Source: Acidimicrobiales bacterium
GTDB taxonomy: Bacteria; Actinomycetota; Acidimicrobiia; Acidimicrobiales; Iamiaceae
Assembly: GCA_020439505.1 (NCBI GenBank)
Contig: JAGQSO010000036.1
Span: 13,393 to 77,392, forward strand
Length of the DNA stretch: 64,000 nucleotides
Direction of reading: 5' to 3'
The notes under the pieces were generated by a model, which did not search any database, was not told where the DNA came from, and saw only the letters and a list, made by a program, of their open reading frames with translations. Of this stretch, positions 1 to 11,716 are shown in pieces. Positions within the stretch are counted from its first letter, which is position 1, and every line of letters begins with the position of its first letter. A program made the translations under genes and the position numbers.

Positions 1-849
1 GGCGTCGACCTGGAACAGCAGCTGGGTCGGAGTGGATATGACCTCTTCCTCGTAGCCGGGATCAGTGGGGTTCTTGACGCTGGTCGAGAACTTGCCGTCG
101 GTGCTCTCCGAAACCAGCTTGAGGCCGCTGACGACCAGGGCGGGGACCGACGCGAGCAGGGCCACCACCGTGACCGCGAACAGCACCCGTCGCCACATCG
201 GGATGCGATGGGAACCACCCATCTGGCGTGCTCGGATGGCAGCGTCCTCAGCCGCGGCCAGCACCAACCAGTCGGGGGCGTCCTCCGCCAGGCCGCCTCC
301 GACTCCGTCATCCTTCTCACCGCCCACGTCGACCGCAGGTCCAGCCTCAGCGAGGGAGGTTGCGGCGGCAACGGGCGCGACGGCCGTGAACAGGTCGTCG
401 ATCCGGTTCCCTACCGGTTCTTCGACGGGATCGGGACCGGTATCGGGTGACCGGGGAGGCGTCTCGACTTCGATTAGCTCGCCCGCGGCCCCGTCGTCGA
501 CGGGGAGCTCCTCCAGCTCGTAGCCGTCGGGAAGCGGCCCGTTGAGAAGGCGACTGGCGAACCCCCTCAGGCCGCCTCCGGCCCCGTCTTGGGAGGAGGA
601 TTCCTCGTCCGACAACTCCGAGACTCCACCAGCGAGGACCGATACGGAGCCGTCCGGCGTGAGGTCGTCGCGTTCGAGGTCGGGTATCCGGGCCAGGGCA
701 TCTCGGAGGCTCTCCCGGCGGGGGGCGACACGAACCTCCGCCCCCGAACCCGTCACGCTCCCATTCGCCGGCAACCCGAGAGCGGCGCGACGGAAAGCCG
801 GGTCGGGCCGGGGCGGCCGAGCGGGGCGCGTCGACTGCTCCGTGGTCAT
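1..849 (-). CDS. Membrane-anchored protein, truncated by window edge; possibly LCP/LytR-type
   Basis: Open frame from ATG at 849 (MTTEQSTRP...) running off the left edge; long acidic N-terminus then a TM helix (VLFAVTVVALLASVPALVV); directly downstream of nadD. Confidence 0.55.
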   Translation of the reverse strand, partial: MTTEQSTRPARPPRPDPAFRRAALGLPANGSVTGSGAEVRVAPRRESLRDALARIPDLERDDLTPDGSVSVLAGGVSELSDEESSSQDGAGGGLRGFASRLLNGPLPDGYELEELPVDDGAAGELIEVETPPRSPDTGPDPVEEPVGNRIDDLFTAVAPVAAATSLAEAGPAVDVGGEKDDGVGGGLAEDAPDWLVLAAAEDAAIRARQMGGSHRIPMWRRVLFAVTVVALLASVPALVVSGLKLVSESTDGKFSTSVKNPTDPGYEEEVISTPTQLLFQVDA

Positions 850-853
850 CGGG

Positions 854-1483
854 TCAACGATAGAGGCCGGGCGTGTCGCGGTAGAGACCGGCCTCGACGA
901 TGTAGTCCACCACCGCGGCCGGGGTGAGGTAGTCGATCGAACGCCCATCGGCCACCCGCCGGCGGAGGTCAGAGCTCGACACGTCGATCTCGGGGGTGTC
1001 GACCCGCGTCCAGTCGAACCGGCGATCCAACTCGAGGGGTGGACCGGGACGGTCCACCACCACCAGCGAAGCCATCTCGGCCACCTCGCGGTAGCGCTCC
1101 CACGACGTGAACCCCCCGGCGGCATCTCGGCCCAGGATCACGAACAGCTCGGCCGTCGCGTCGGCCACGAGCAGCTCGGCCAAGGTGTCGACCGTGTAGG
1201 TCGGACCCCCGCGCCCGATTTCGATGTCGGACGCCTCGATTCCTTCGCGGTCCCCCACCGCCGCGACGGTCATCGCCAACCGGTGATGGGACGGGGTCAC
1301 CCGTCGGCTGTCGACCTTCTGCCACGGCACGTCGGCAACGACCATGAGGACGACGTCGAGTCCGAGGGCCTCCTTGGCGTCGACCGCGGCCACGAGATGG
1401 CCGATGTGGGGAGGATCGAACGTGCCCCCGAACACGCCGATCTTCCGGCCGGCTTTCGCACCGCTTTCTACGCCGTCGGTCAT
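854..1483 (-). CDS. nadD: Nicotinate-nucleotide adenylyltransferase
   Basis: GVFGGTFDPPHIGH (HIGH motif), PWQK, GGPTYTVDTL, VSSSDLR. Confidence 0.95.
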   Translation of the reverse strand: MTDGVESGAKAGRKIGVFGGTFDPPHIGHLVAAVDAKEALGLDVVLMVVADVPWQKVDSRRVTPSHHRLAMTVAAVGDREGIEASDIEIGRGGPTYTVDTLAELLVADATAELFVILGRDAAGGFTSWERYREVAEMASLVVVDRPGPPLELDRRFDWTRVDTPEIDVSSSDLRRRVADGRSIDYLTPAAVVDYIVEAGLYRDTPGLYR

Positions 1484-1632
1484 GGTCGTGTCACCGGGTC
1501 GAACCGGAACCACTCACCAGCCTCTAACGTGACGATCGTCACGTTGGGTTCGGGAAGAACTGGCGGGCGGTCACGGTTCGAAATTACCTGGAAGCAACGT
1601 CTCGATACCGGCTTCGATCTGGGGCAGGGTCG

Positions 1633-1658
1633 GGAACACCACGATGCGCCCCGGCGTT
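1633..1658 (+). promoter_or_regulatory. SigH/SigR-type ECF promoter
   Basis: GGAAC-N17-CGTT ending 12 nt before the ATG at 1671; matches the actinobacterial SigH/SigR consensus. Confidence 0.7.
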
Positions 1659-1670
1659 GAAGAGGTAACG

Positions 1671-2501
1671 ATGAGTGATTCGGTTGGTCAGTACCTGAAC
1701 GAGATCGGAGCGGTGGCGCTACTCACCGCGGAGGAAGAGCGCGAGCTCTCCCAGATCATCGAGCGAGGCGTGGCGGCACGCGAGCGGATCGCCCGAGGCG
1801 AGGGCACCGCCGAGGACCGCCGTCTCGATCGGGCCGCGGCCCGGGCCAAGGACCGCTTCATCCGGGCCAACCTCCGGCTCGTGGTGAGCATCGCCCGTCG
1901 CTATCCCCTCCCTCCCGCCATGGACCTCCTCGACCTGATCCAGGAAGGCAACCTCGGGTTGGAGCACGCCGTCGACAAGTTCGATTGGCGCAAGGGCTTC
2001 AAGTTCTCGACCTACGCCACCTTCTGGATCCGCCAGGCCATCGGTCGGGCCCTGGACCAGAAGGCCAGCCTGGTACGCCTTCCCGGCGATCGCTCGGCCA
2101 GTCTCCGCGCCGCCCTGCGCCAGGTCTCCGGAGACGGCGACGAACTCGACGAGGAGCACGCCCGGCTTCACCGGCTGGCCACACCCACCTCCCTGGATCG
2201 CGTCGTGGGCGACGACGACGGCTCCGAGCTGATCGACCTCCTGGCCGACGACACGCCAGGCCCCGAGGACATGGTCCTGGCGGGCGAGGAGGACCGCTTG
2301 GTGGTCGGTCTTCTCGACGTGCTCGACAGCCGGGCTCGTCACGCCGTCGAGCAGCGGTTCGGGATCCACGACGGCCGTCGGCGCTCCTACCGGGAGGTCG
2401 GCGAGGAGCTCGGCGTGACCGCCGAGGCAGCCCGACGGATGGTCAAGCGAGCCATGATCGTGGTCCGCACCGAAGCGGCCGCCCGGATCGACGCGGCCTG
2501 A
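1671..2501 (+). CDS. Group 2 sigma-70 factor (SigB/HrdD-like)
   Basis: Region 1.2 DSVGQYLNEIG; region 2 ANLRLVVSIARRY...DLIQEGNLGL..AVDKFD..KGFKFSTYATFWIRQAI; no region 1.1. Confidence 0.9.
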   Translation: MSDSVGQYLNEIGAVALLTAEEERELSQIIERGVAARERIARGEGTAEDRRLDRAAARAKDRFIRANLRLVVSIARRYPLPPAMDLLDLIQEGNLGLEHAVDKFDWRKGFKFSTYATFWIRQAIGRALDQKASLVRLPGDRSASLRAALRQVSGDGDELDEEHARLHRLATPTSLDRVVGDDDGSELIDLLADDTPGPEDMVLAGEEDRLVVGLLDVLDSRARHAVEQRFGIHDGRRRSYREVGEELGVTAEAARRMVKRAMIVVRTEAAARIDAA

Positions 2502-2562
2502 ACCGACACCGGTCGGGGAATCGGACTTTGCTTCCGATGACCGCGTGGACCACCCTTTTCCT

Positions 2563-3915
2563 GTGAGCTCCGCCGAATCCACCTGGTCGCCCGGTTCGTG
2601 GCGTGACAAGCCCGCCGTCCAACAGCCGGACTGGCCCGACGAGGCGGCACTCGAAGCCGTACTCAAGCAGATGCGCACCATGCCGCCGCTGGTGTTCGCC
2701 GGTGAGGCCCGAGCCCTGACCGAGTCCCTCGGTCACGTGGCCAACGGGGAGGCGTTCCTGCTCCAGGCCGGTGACTGTGCCGAGTCCTTCGAGGCCTTCA
2801 GCGCCGACGCCATTCGGGACAAGCTCAAGGTCATCCTCCAGATGGCGGTGGTGCTCACCTACTCGTCCGGGGTTCCCACCGTGAAGGTCGGACGGATCGC
2901 CGGACAGTTCGCCAAGCCCCGGTCCTCGCCCACCGAGACGGTCGGCGACCTGGTCCTCCCGTCCTTCCGGGGCCACATGGTCAACGACGTCGCCCCGACC
3001 GAAGCAGCCCGCGTTCCCGACCCCAATCGGCTCCTGAGCGCCTACCACCAGTCTTCGTCCACCCTCAACCTCCTACGGGCCTTCACCAAGGGCGGCTACG
3101 CCGACCTGGCCCGGGTGCACACCTGGAACCAGGAGTTCGTGGCATCGAGCAACGAGGGCCAGCGCTACGAGCAGCTCGCCAGCGAGATCGACCGCGCCCT
3201 GCGTTTCATGAAGGCGTGCGGGATCAACACCACCAGCCTCCCGACCCTCCACGAGGTCGACTTCTTCACCTCCCACGAGGCCCTGGTCCTCGGCTACGAG
3301 GAGGCGATGACCCGTCGGGACTCCCTCACCGGTGACTGGTACGACTGCTCGGCCCACATGATCTGGATCGGGGAACGGACCCGCGACCTCGACGGGGCCC
3401 ACGTCGAGTTCTTCTCGGGGGTCAACAACCCCGTCGGGTGCAAGGTCGGCCCCACCGCTACCGCCGACGAGGTGCTGGGCCTGTGCGAGCGGCTCAACCC
3501 CGACCGGATCCCCGGCCGGCTGACGCTCATCACCCGCATGGGTGCCGACAAGATCGAGGCCGGCTTGCCCCCGTTGCTGGCAGCGGTGCGCGATGCCGGC
3601 CATCCGGTGGTGTGGGCGTGCGACCCCATGCACGGGAACACCTTCACCGCCAACGGCGGGCACAAGACGCGCCGGTTCGACGACATCCTCGCCGAGATCG
3701 CCGGGTTCTTCGCCGCCCACGACGCCGAGGGCACCTGGCCCGGTGGCGTCCACGTGGAGCTGACCGGTGACGACGTGACCGAGTGCCTGGGCGGGGCCGA
3801 GGAGATCCTCGACACCGACCTGGCATCGCGCTACGAGACCATGTGCGACCCCCGTCTCAACGGGCGCCAGTCCGTGGACCTCGCCTTCGCCGTCTCGGAA
3901 CTGCTTCGGCGCTAA
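2563..3915 (+). CDS. aroG: Class II DAHP synthase
   Basis: LLQAGDCAESF, GRIAGQFAKPRS, WIGERTR, CDPMHGNT, CDPRLN. Confidence 0.95.
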   Translation: MSSAESTWSPGSWRDKPAVQQPDWPDEAALEAVLKQMRTMPPLVFAGEARALTESLGHVANGEAFLLQAGDCAESFEAFSADAIRDKLKVILQMAVVLTYSSGVPTVKVGRIAGQFAKPRSSPTETVGDLVLPSFRGHMVNDVAPTEAARVPDPNRLLSAYHQSSSTLNLLRAFTKGGYADLARVHTWNQEFVASSNEGQRYEQLASEIDRALRFMKACGINTTSLPTLHEVDFFTSHEALVLGYEEAMTRRDSLTGDWYDCSAHMIWIGERTRDLDGAHVEFFSGVNNPVGCKVGPTATADEVLGLCERLNPDRIPGRLTLITRMGADKIEAGLPPLLAAVRDAGHPVVWACDPMHGNTFTANGGHKTRRFDDILAEIAGFFAAHDAEGTWPGGVHVELTGDDVTECLGGAEEILDTDLASRYETMCDPRLNGRQSVDLAFAVSELLRR

Positions 3916-3934
3916 CCCGGAAAATTGGGAACTC

Positions 3935-3959
3935 ATTCTTGACCTGACTGGTCGGGATT
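3935..3959. promoter_or_regulatory. Imperfect 25-bp inverted repeat, Rrf2 (IscR/CymR-like) operator candidate
   Basis: ATTCTTGACC-TGACT-GGTCGGGATT upstream of sir-cysH; resembles the IscR type-1 site architecture. Confidence 0.45.
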
Positions 3960-4028
3960 TGCCATCCTGGTTGAATTGTTGACCTCCTGAGTCATATTTC
4001 AGGAGCCCTCCTCAGCCGAAGGCACCCC

Positions 4029-5816
<1,788 letters not shown>

Positions 5817-5871
5817 CCGCCCCACGCCGTGCCCCCGAGCTCACCGGCCAATCGTTGAGGAGTCGAGTCCG

Positions 5872-6609
5872 ATGACCGTCGCCGAGTCCCCGATCCGGAC
5901 CATCACCAATGGAACCGGATCGCCCTACAACCTCATCGACCCGGCCCGTCCGGTCTACTCCGACGCCGAGCTGGCCGAGATCAGCGCCGAGTTGGAGAAG
6001 GTGTCGGCCACCAAGGTCATCCGCTGGGCGGTCGAGAACTTCTCCCCTCACCTGGCCATGACGGCGTCGATGACCGATGCCGTCCTCATCGACCTGGCCA
6101 TCAAGGTCGATCCCGCCATCGAGGTGGTGTTCATCGACACCGGATACCACTTCCCCGAGACCCTCGAGACCGTCGAGGAGGTCCGCCGCCACTACGGCCT
6201 GAACCTGCGGATGATGACCGTCGCCCGCCAGGCCGAGGAGCTGTGGGAAGCCGACCCCGAGAACTGCTGCTCGGCGGTCAAGGTCGGCCAGTTGGACCGG
6301 GCCCTCGCCGGCAAAGCGGCGTGGATGAGCGGCCTGCGACGGGCCGAAGCCGAGAGCAGGGCCGGCGCTCCGATCGTGTCGCGCGACCTGCGGGGTCTGG
6401 TGAAGGTGAGCCCCATCGCCACCTGGACCGACGAGGACGTAGCCGCCTACATCCGCGACAACGACGTCATCGTCAACCCCTTGACACTGCGCGGCTACCC
6501 ATCGATCGGCTGCGAGCCGTGCACCTCGCCGGTGGCCGACGGAGAGGACCCCCGGGCCGGCCGTTGGCGGGGCAAGGACAAATCGGAGTGCGGCCTCCAC
6601 CTGGCCTGA
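5872..6609 (+). CDS. cysH: APS/PAPS reductase (Fe-S type)
   Basis: FIDTGYHFPET, CC and CEPC cluster ligands, C-terminal ECGLH. Confidence 0.93.
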   Translation: MTVAESPIRTITNGTGSPYNLIDPARPVYSDAELAEISAELEKVSATKVIRWAVENFSPHLAMTASMTDAVLIDLAIKVDPAIEVVFIDTGYHFPETLETVEEVRRHYGLNLRMMTVARQAEELWEADPENCCSAVKVGQLDRALAGKAAWMSGLRRAEAESRAGAPIVSRDLRGLVKVSPIATWTDEDVAAYIRDNDVIVNPLTLRGYPSIGCEPCTSPVADGEDPRAGRWRGKDKSECGLHLA

Positions 6610-6792
6610 CGTCTGACCGAGCCGGATCTCGGCCCGCGATACCGGCCCAGTTCGCTCAGCCTTTCCGGGGCCAACGCGGCCAGCGAGAATTCCGCCCAGC
6701 CGGTAAACCCGACATCGCCCTCACCGGTGTATGAGGGTGTGTACGTTCGGACCCAAGACCTCGAGCCAATCCCCATCCCCCCCGGCCGAGCG

Positions 6793-7341
6793 ATGACCCG
6801 ACCACGTACCGACAGCTCGACCGCATCCGATCCGGTCCTCGAGATCGTGGTGGCCGATTTCGAGGAGTTCTTCGCCCGCGAGTACCCCGGTCTGCTCGCC
6901 ATGCTCACCGCCCTCACCGGGCACCGGACGGTGGCCGAGGATCTGGCCCAGGAGGCCATGGTCAAGGCCCACCAGCGCTGGTCGCGGATCTCGGGCTATG
7001 ACAAGCCCGCCGCGTGGCTGCGTCGGGTGGCCATAAACCAGGCGTACAACAGCCGGGCACGCCGCAGATCCGAGCAGCGAGCCCTGGCCCGCCTGTCGGG
7101 GGAACGCCCGGCCTGGGTGGCCGAGCTCGGCGTCGACGACGGCGGCGACGAGTTCTGGGCGCTGGTCCGCCGGCTCCCCCGGCGACAGGCGGCCGCCATG
7201 ACCCTTCACTACCTCGAGGACCGGCCGGTCGCCGAGGTCGCGACCATCCTCGACTGCGCCGAAGGCACAGCCAAGTCCCTTCTCCACAAGGGCCGGGCCA
7301 ACCTCGCCCGAGCCCTACAACTGCCCGAGGACCAACGATGA
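6793..7341 (+). CDS. ECF sigma factor (SigE-like family)
   Basis: AEDLAQEA, AWLRRVAIN, LPRRQ..., VAEVATILDCAEGTAKSLLHKGR. Confidence 0.9.
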   Translation: MTRPRTDSSTASDPVLEIVVADFEEFFAREYPGLLAMLTALTGHRTVAEDLAQEAMVKAHQRWSRISGYDKPAAWLRRVAINQAYNSRARRRSEQRALARLSGERPAWVAELGVDDGGDEFWALVRRLPRRQAAAMTLHYLEDRPVAEVATILDCAEGTAKSLLHKGRANLARALQLPEDQR

Positions 7342-8561
7342 CCGACAACCACTTCGACCCCCTCGACCAACGGGCCCGACAGGCCCGAGACAACCTCGTG
7401 ACCCACCTGGGCGATCCCGACGTGACCGGGGCCCGTCAAAGCCTCCAGACCCGAGCCCGCCGCCAGCGCGCCGACCAGACCAGAGCCAGACTCGCCGCCG
7501 CCGCAGTGGTAGCCGTGGCGTTGGCCGCCGGCGCCGGTGTTCTTTCGATCGCCTCCGGGACATCACCGGGGGGAGGAGAACGCAACGAGGAGATCAACAG
7601 CGACGACGGCCGGGCACTGCTCGAGAACCTCCCGTCCTCGCCCATCGACGGCAAGCAGTCCTGGCGACTGCCGGTCGGCGCATCTCCGCAATCTGATCTG
7701 AGCGACGGGGACACGGTCACCATCTACGGCCGGGGCTTCGAGCCGAACGAAGCCCTCGGCGTGGTCCATTGCGGCGCCGAGGCCGACACCCTCAACGCCG
7801 GGATCGATGCCTGTGACCTGGGATCTAGTTCAGGGTTCAGCGGTGTCGAGTACGTCAGCGCCGATGCCGAGGGCAACGTGGTGGCCAGTGTGAGGGTTCG
7901 GAGGCTGATCGAGACACCGGGGTTCGGTCGGATCGACTGCGCCTCGGCCCCTGAGCGTTGCCTCCTGGGAATGGGAGCGATATCGAACTACGACCGCTCG
8001 GGCGGCGTGTACATCAACTTCGCCGGCGCACCCGCCTTCGAGGTCCCGACCCTCAGCGTCGACGGGGCCGACACCGGACTGCTACCTGGGCAGCCGACCA
8101 AGGTCACCGTCACCGGGTGGGTCCTCAACCGGGCCATGCGGGTGCAGCAGTGCCGGGTAGACGGGACCGACACCGAGCAGTGCCAGACCGTGTTCGAAGC
8201 TGCCCCAGACGAGGCCGTGTTCACCTTCGACCTGATGCTCAACCCGACGCTGCTGGTAGATGGTCGCGAGGTGCCGTGTGGGACCGATTGCATCCTGCGG
8301 GCCACGGGCGTCGGCGTCTCCATCGGATCGACCGCCCCCCAGCCCGACCCGGTGAAGCTGCTGTTCGCCACGCCCGACACGGTGACCGAGACGGTCCCAC
8401 CCACGACCTTCACTCCGATGACCACCACGACCATGGCTGAGACGGGCTCGACCACGCCGGTGACCGAGGTCGATCCGACCATCCCGGTCCCGACCGGACC
8501 AAACGACCCGGTGCCGACAACCGAGGGGATCTCCGAGACGATCACCGTCCCGGCGCCCTAG
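7338..8561 (+). CDS. Membrane-anchored protein with neocarzinostatin-apoprotein-like domains; putative anti-sigma
   Basis: ATGA overlap with the ECF gene; short N-terminus, TM helix, then DLSDGDTVTIYGRGF..C..ACD..ADAEGNV..DC...C and a second similar repeat; Thr/Pro-rich tail. Confidence 0.7.
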   Translation: MTDNHFDPLDQRARQARDNLVTHLGDPDVTGARQSLQTRARRQRADQTRARLAAAAVVAVALAAGAGVLSIASGTSPGGGERNEEINSDDGRALLENLPSSPIDGKQSWRLPVGASPQSDLSDGDTVTIYGRGFEPNEALGVVHCGAEADTLNAGIDACDLGSSSGFSGVEYVSADAEGNVVASVRVRRLIETPGFGRIDCASAPERCLLGMGAISNYDRSGGVYINFAGAPAFEVPTLSVDGADTGLLPGQPTKVTVTGWVLNRAMRVQQCRVDGTDTEQCQTVFEAAPDEAVFTFDLMLNPTLLVDGREVPCGTDCILRATGVGVSIGSTAPQPDPVKLLFATPDTVTETVPPTTFTPMTTTTMAETGSTTPVTEVDPTIPVPTGPNDPVPTTEGISETITVPAP

Positions 8562-8592
8562 GCGCCTAGACAACCCACGGGGGGGACCATCG

Positions 8593-9798
8593 CTACCGGC
8601 CGGTCCACTCCAGCCAGGTGCCGTGGGGGTGTTGGTCGCCGAGTCGCCGGGCGCGGCGCGTGCCGCCCCGCCAGTCGAGGCGTACCAGGGCAGTAGCCCG
8701 ACCGTCGGGCACCCCGTCGGCGCGGGCGGGCGGGTCGAGACCCGGGACCAGCTCGGGTTGCTCGGCGTAGACGAGGCTCAGGTCCCGTCGGGTTCCTATC
8801 TCATCCAGAGCCTCCAGGAACTTCCGCTGACGGTCCGGCCCCAGGTAGGTGAGAACCCAAGTGGCGATGACCACGGGGTGAGCTTCCCGGGGTACATCGG
8901 TGACCAGAGCGGCCACATCGTCTACCGCATCGCCAGTCACGATCCGGGGTCGACGGCCGTGGGACAGGGCAATGGCGGTTCGGGCCCGGTGAACCCGCTC
9001 GGGTTGATCGGGCCACTGGCAGGCCACCAGCCACCGGGCCTGGTCCCGTTCTCCAGGATCGACGGGGTGCAGGTCGAGTCCGACTCGGTGGGAGATCACG
9101 AGTACCGATTCGGGAACCGGCGGGTCGACTGGACCCCGGAGCGCACAAGTGAGGATCAGCGAACGGTCGGGTGATACCCACCTGGCGCCACGGTCCGACT
9201 CGTCGAGGTCGAGCGCATCTCCGGTTCCCGGCTCCACCCGGCCCCGGGTGTAGCAGTAACCGTAGGAGTCCATGAGCAGGTTCAGGCCCGCGCTGGCTCC
9301 AACCTCCACCAACCCCAGGGACTCGGCACCGAACTCGGACACCGTGTCGGTGAGGGCCGGAAGGAGCGGTGCGCACCGTCCCACCTCGTTGGTCTGGGTC
9401 GAGTGGCTTCGCAGGTTGTCGGCCACCGCCGGGTGCTCGAGAGCGGCGCTGCGGAAGTGGGGCCAGGGGTCGTCGCCCCCGCGGCCGACGGGCCGGGGGT
9501 GGGGGGTTGCTGACCCGTACCAACCGCTCAACGCCTCGACCTCGGGATCGTGGTCACCGGCGAGGACGACGTCATGGACGGCGGCCAGCAACAGGTTGGG
9601 GATCCGTTGGGGCGGACGAGGCGAGAGCAGGAGCCGCCCGGCAACCTCGGGGTCCCCGGCGGCACCCTCACAAAGTCGACGGTAGAGAGGCAGCCGACGG
9701 ACCGCCCCCGATGCCCATGTGGCGAACAGGCCGCACAGCACTCCGGGGTCAGCCGGTTCAGCCGGGTCGGTCGGGTCGCTGGGGCCGATCGATGTCAC
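8593..9798 (-). CDS. DUF2332-family protein
   Basis: LLAAVH, TQTNEVGR, VEVGASAGLNL, HPHGTWLEW. Confidence 0.85.
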   Translation of the reverse strand: MTSIGPSDPTDPAEPADPGVLCGLFATWASGAVRRLPLYRRLCEGAAGDPEVAGRLLLSPRPPQRIPNLLLAAVHDVVLAGDHDPEVEALSGWYGSATPHPRPVGRGGDDPWPHFRSAALEHPAVADNLRSHSTQTNEVGRCAPLLPALTDTVSEFGAESLGLVEVGASAGLNLLMDSYGYCYTRGRVEPGTGDALDLDESDRGARWVSPDRSLILTCALRGPVDPPVPESVLVISHRVGLDLHPVDPGERDQARWLVACQWPDQPERVHRARTAIALSHGRRPRIVTGDAVDDVAALVTDVPREAHPVVIATWVLTYLGPDRQRKFLEALDEIGTRRDLSLVYAEQPELVPGLDPPARADGVPDGRATALVRLDWRGGTRRARRLGDQHPHGTWLEWTGR

Positions 9799-9838
9799 CG
9801 CCCGATGTTGGCAGAGCTTGCGGACCGAGCCGGCGTGG

Positions 9839-10753
9839 TCAGCCCGCCCCGTACACCGGAGTGGGGGTGGGCGCCTCGGCGAGGAGTTCGAGCACCGCGT
9901 TGCCGACCTCGGTCGGTTCCCAGCGGGCGCCCTTGTCGATCACCCGACCGTGGTGCCAGCCGTCGGCCACCGACACCTTGCCCGCCTCGACCTCGAACAC
10001 CCGGCCGGTGACGCCGGCGGAGTCAGGTGATCCCAGCCACACCACCAGCGGAGCCACGTTCTCGGGCGCCATGGGGTCGAAGGCGTCGGGGTCGTCGGGG
10101 GCGGCCATGGTGGAGGCGAAGACCTGCTCGGTCATGCGGGTCCGCGCCGCCGGGGCCAGGGCGTTGACGGTGATCCCGTAGCGACCCAGCTCGGCCGCCT
10201 GCACCAGGGTGAGGGCCAGGATGCCGCCCTTGGCCGCCGAATAGGCGGCCTGACCGATCGAGCCCATGAGACCGGCCCCCGAGGAGGTGTTGATGATGCG
10301 GGCATCGACGGTCTCGCCCGCCTTGGCCTTGTCCCGCCAGTAGGCCGCGGCATGGCGCGACGTGGTGAAGTGCCCCTTGAGGTGGACCTGCATGGTGAGG
10401 TCCCACTCGTCCTCGGAAGCGTTGGCGAACATGCGGTCGCGGACCACACCGGCGTTGTTGACCACGACGTGCAGGTCACCGAAGGCGTCCACCGCCGCCT
10501 TGACCAGGTTCGCCCCGCCTTCCCAGGTGGAGATGTCGTCCCCGTTGGCCACCGCTTCGCCCCCCATGGCCCGGATCTCCTCCACCACCTCGCCGGCGGG
10601 ACCGGTCGATCCGCCCGAGCCGTCGAGCTCGGCGCCGATGTCGTTGACCACCACCTTGGCCCCCTGACGGGCGAACTCCAGGGCGTGACCACGCCCAATG
10701 CCGCGACCGGCTCCGGTGATGACGACGACGCGACCTTCACAGATCGAACCCAT
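9839..10753 (-). CDS. SDR oxidoreductase (Rv3548c-like)
   Basis: TGAGRGIG, VVVNDIG, NNAG, YSAAK. Confidence 0.9.
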   Translation of the reverse strand: MGSICEGRVVVITGAGRGIGRGHALEFARQGAKVVVNDIGAELDGSGGSTGPAGEVVEEIRAMGGEAVANGDDISTWEGGANLVKAAVDAFGDLHVVVNNAGVVRDRMFANASEDEWDLTMQVHLKGHFTTSRHAAAYWRDKAKAGETVDARIINTSSGAGLMGSIGQAAYSAAKGGILALTLVQAAELGRYGITVNALAPAARTRMTEQVFASTMAAPDDPDAFDPMAPENVAPLVVWLGSPDSAGVTGRVFEVEAGKVSVADGWHHGRVIDKGARWEPTEVGNAVLELLAEAPTPTPVYGAG

Positions 10754-10796
10754 GGGACTCCCTTGGTGGGCACCGGTCGGTGACCGACGCTGGTTC

Positions 10797-10811
10797 CTGA
10801 CGAGTCGTCAG
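10797..10811. promoter_or_regulatory. CTGACG-N3-CGTCAG operator (perfect)
   Basis: CTGACGagtCGTCAG between the divergent SDR and LLM genes, next to a -10-like TAGCGT. Confidence 0.85.
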
Positions 10812-10827
10812 ATTAGCGTCTCGCCCC

Positions 10828-11679
10828 GTGGAACTCGGAGTGACGATCTTCATCACCGACCAGACGATCGACCCGGTGACCTTCGCCCGCGAGGCCGAGG
10901 ACCGGGGATTCTCGTCGGTGTGGGTGCCCGAGCACACCCACATCCCCACCAGCCGCCGAACGCCGGCCCCGATGGGAGAGCCCATCGCCGAGGAGTACAA
11001 ACGGACCCTCGATCCGTTCGTGGTTCTCGCCATGATGGCGGCGGTCACCGAACGGGTCCGCCTGGGAACGGGAATCCTGCTGCCCGCCGAGCGCGATCCG
11101 ATCGTCACCGCCAAAGAGGTGGCCACCCTCGACCACTGTTCGGGGGGTCGGGTGCAGCTGGGCATCGGCTACGGCTGGAACATCGAGGAGCTCGAGGACC
11201 ACGGTGGCTCCAAGGCCACCCGGCGGGCCGTGGTCCGTGAACGGATCTTGGCCATGCAGGCGTTGTGGGGTGACGAGGAGGCCGAGTTCCGAGGCGAGCA
11301 CGTAACCCTGAGCCCCTCGTGGGCCTGGCCCAAACCCCACCAGACGGTTCGGGGCCGCAGCGGGGTTCCGGTGCTGATCGGTGGGGCCGCCGGACCGCTC
11401 CTGTTCCGTCACATCGCCGAGTTCGGCGACGGCTGGATACCGGTGGGCGGTGCCGGCGTGGCCGACGCCATGGCCGATCTCCGCCGTGCGGCCGAGGATG
11501 TGGGCCGGGACCCCGGAGAACTTTCGGTGGTGCCGTTCGGGACCCTCCCGACGGTCGAGAAGCTGGACTACTACGCCGGCCTCGGGATCACCGAGACCGT
11601 CTTGCGGGTGCCCTCGGCCGGCCGCGACGAGGTCCTTCGAGTCCTCGACGACCACGCTCGGCTGCTGCCCAACCGGTAG
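10828..11679 (+). CDS. LLM-class F420-dependent oxidoreductase
   Basis: WVPEHTHIP, LDPFV, AKEVATLD, GIGYGWN, WPKP. Confidence 0.88.
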   Translation: MELGVTIFITDQTIDPVTFAREAEDRGFSSVWVPEHTHIPTSRRTPAPMGEPIAEEYKRTLDPFVVLAMMAAVTERVRLGTGILLPAERDPIVTAKEVATLDHCSGGRVQLGIGYGWNIEELEDHGGSKATRRAVVRERILAMQALWGDEEAEFRGEHVTLSPSWAWPKPHQTVRGRSGVPVLIGGAAGPLLFRHIAEFGDGWIPVGGAGVADAMADLRRAAEDVGRDPGELSVVPFGTLPTVEKLDYYAGLGITETVLRVPSAGRDEVLRVLDDHARLLPNR

Positions 11680-11716
11680 CACCACAACCGACCGGTCGGT
11701 GGGGCAGGCTGGGTCG

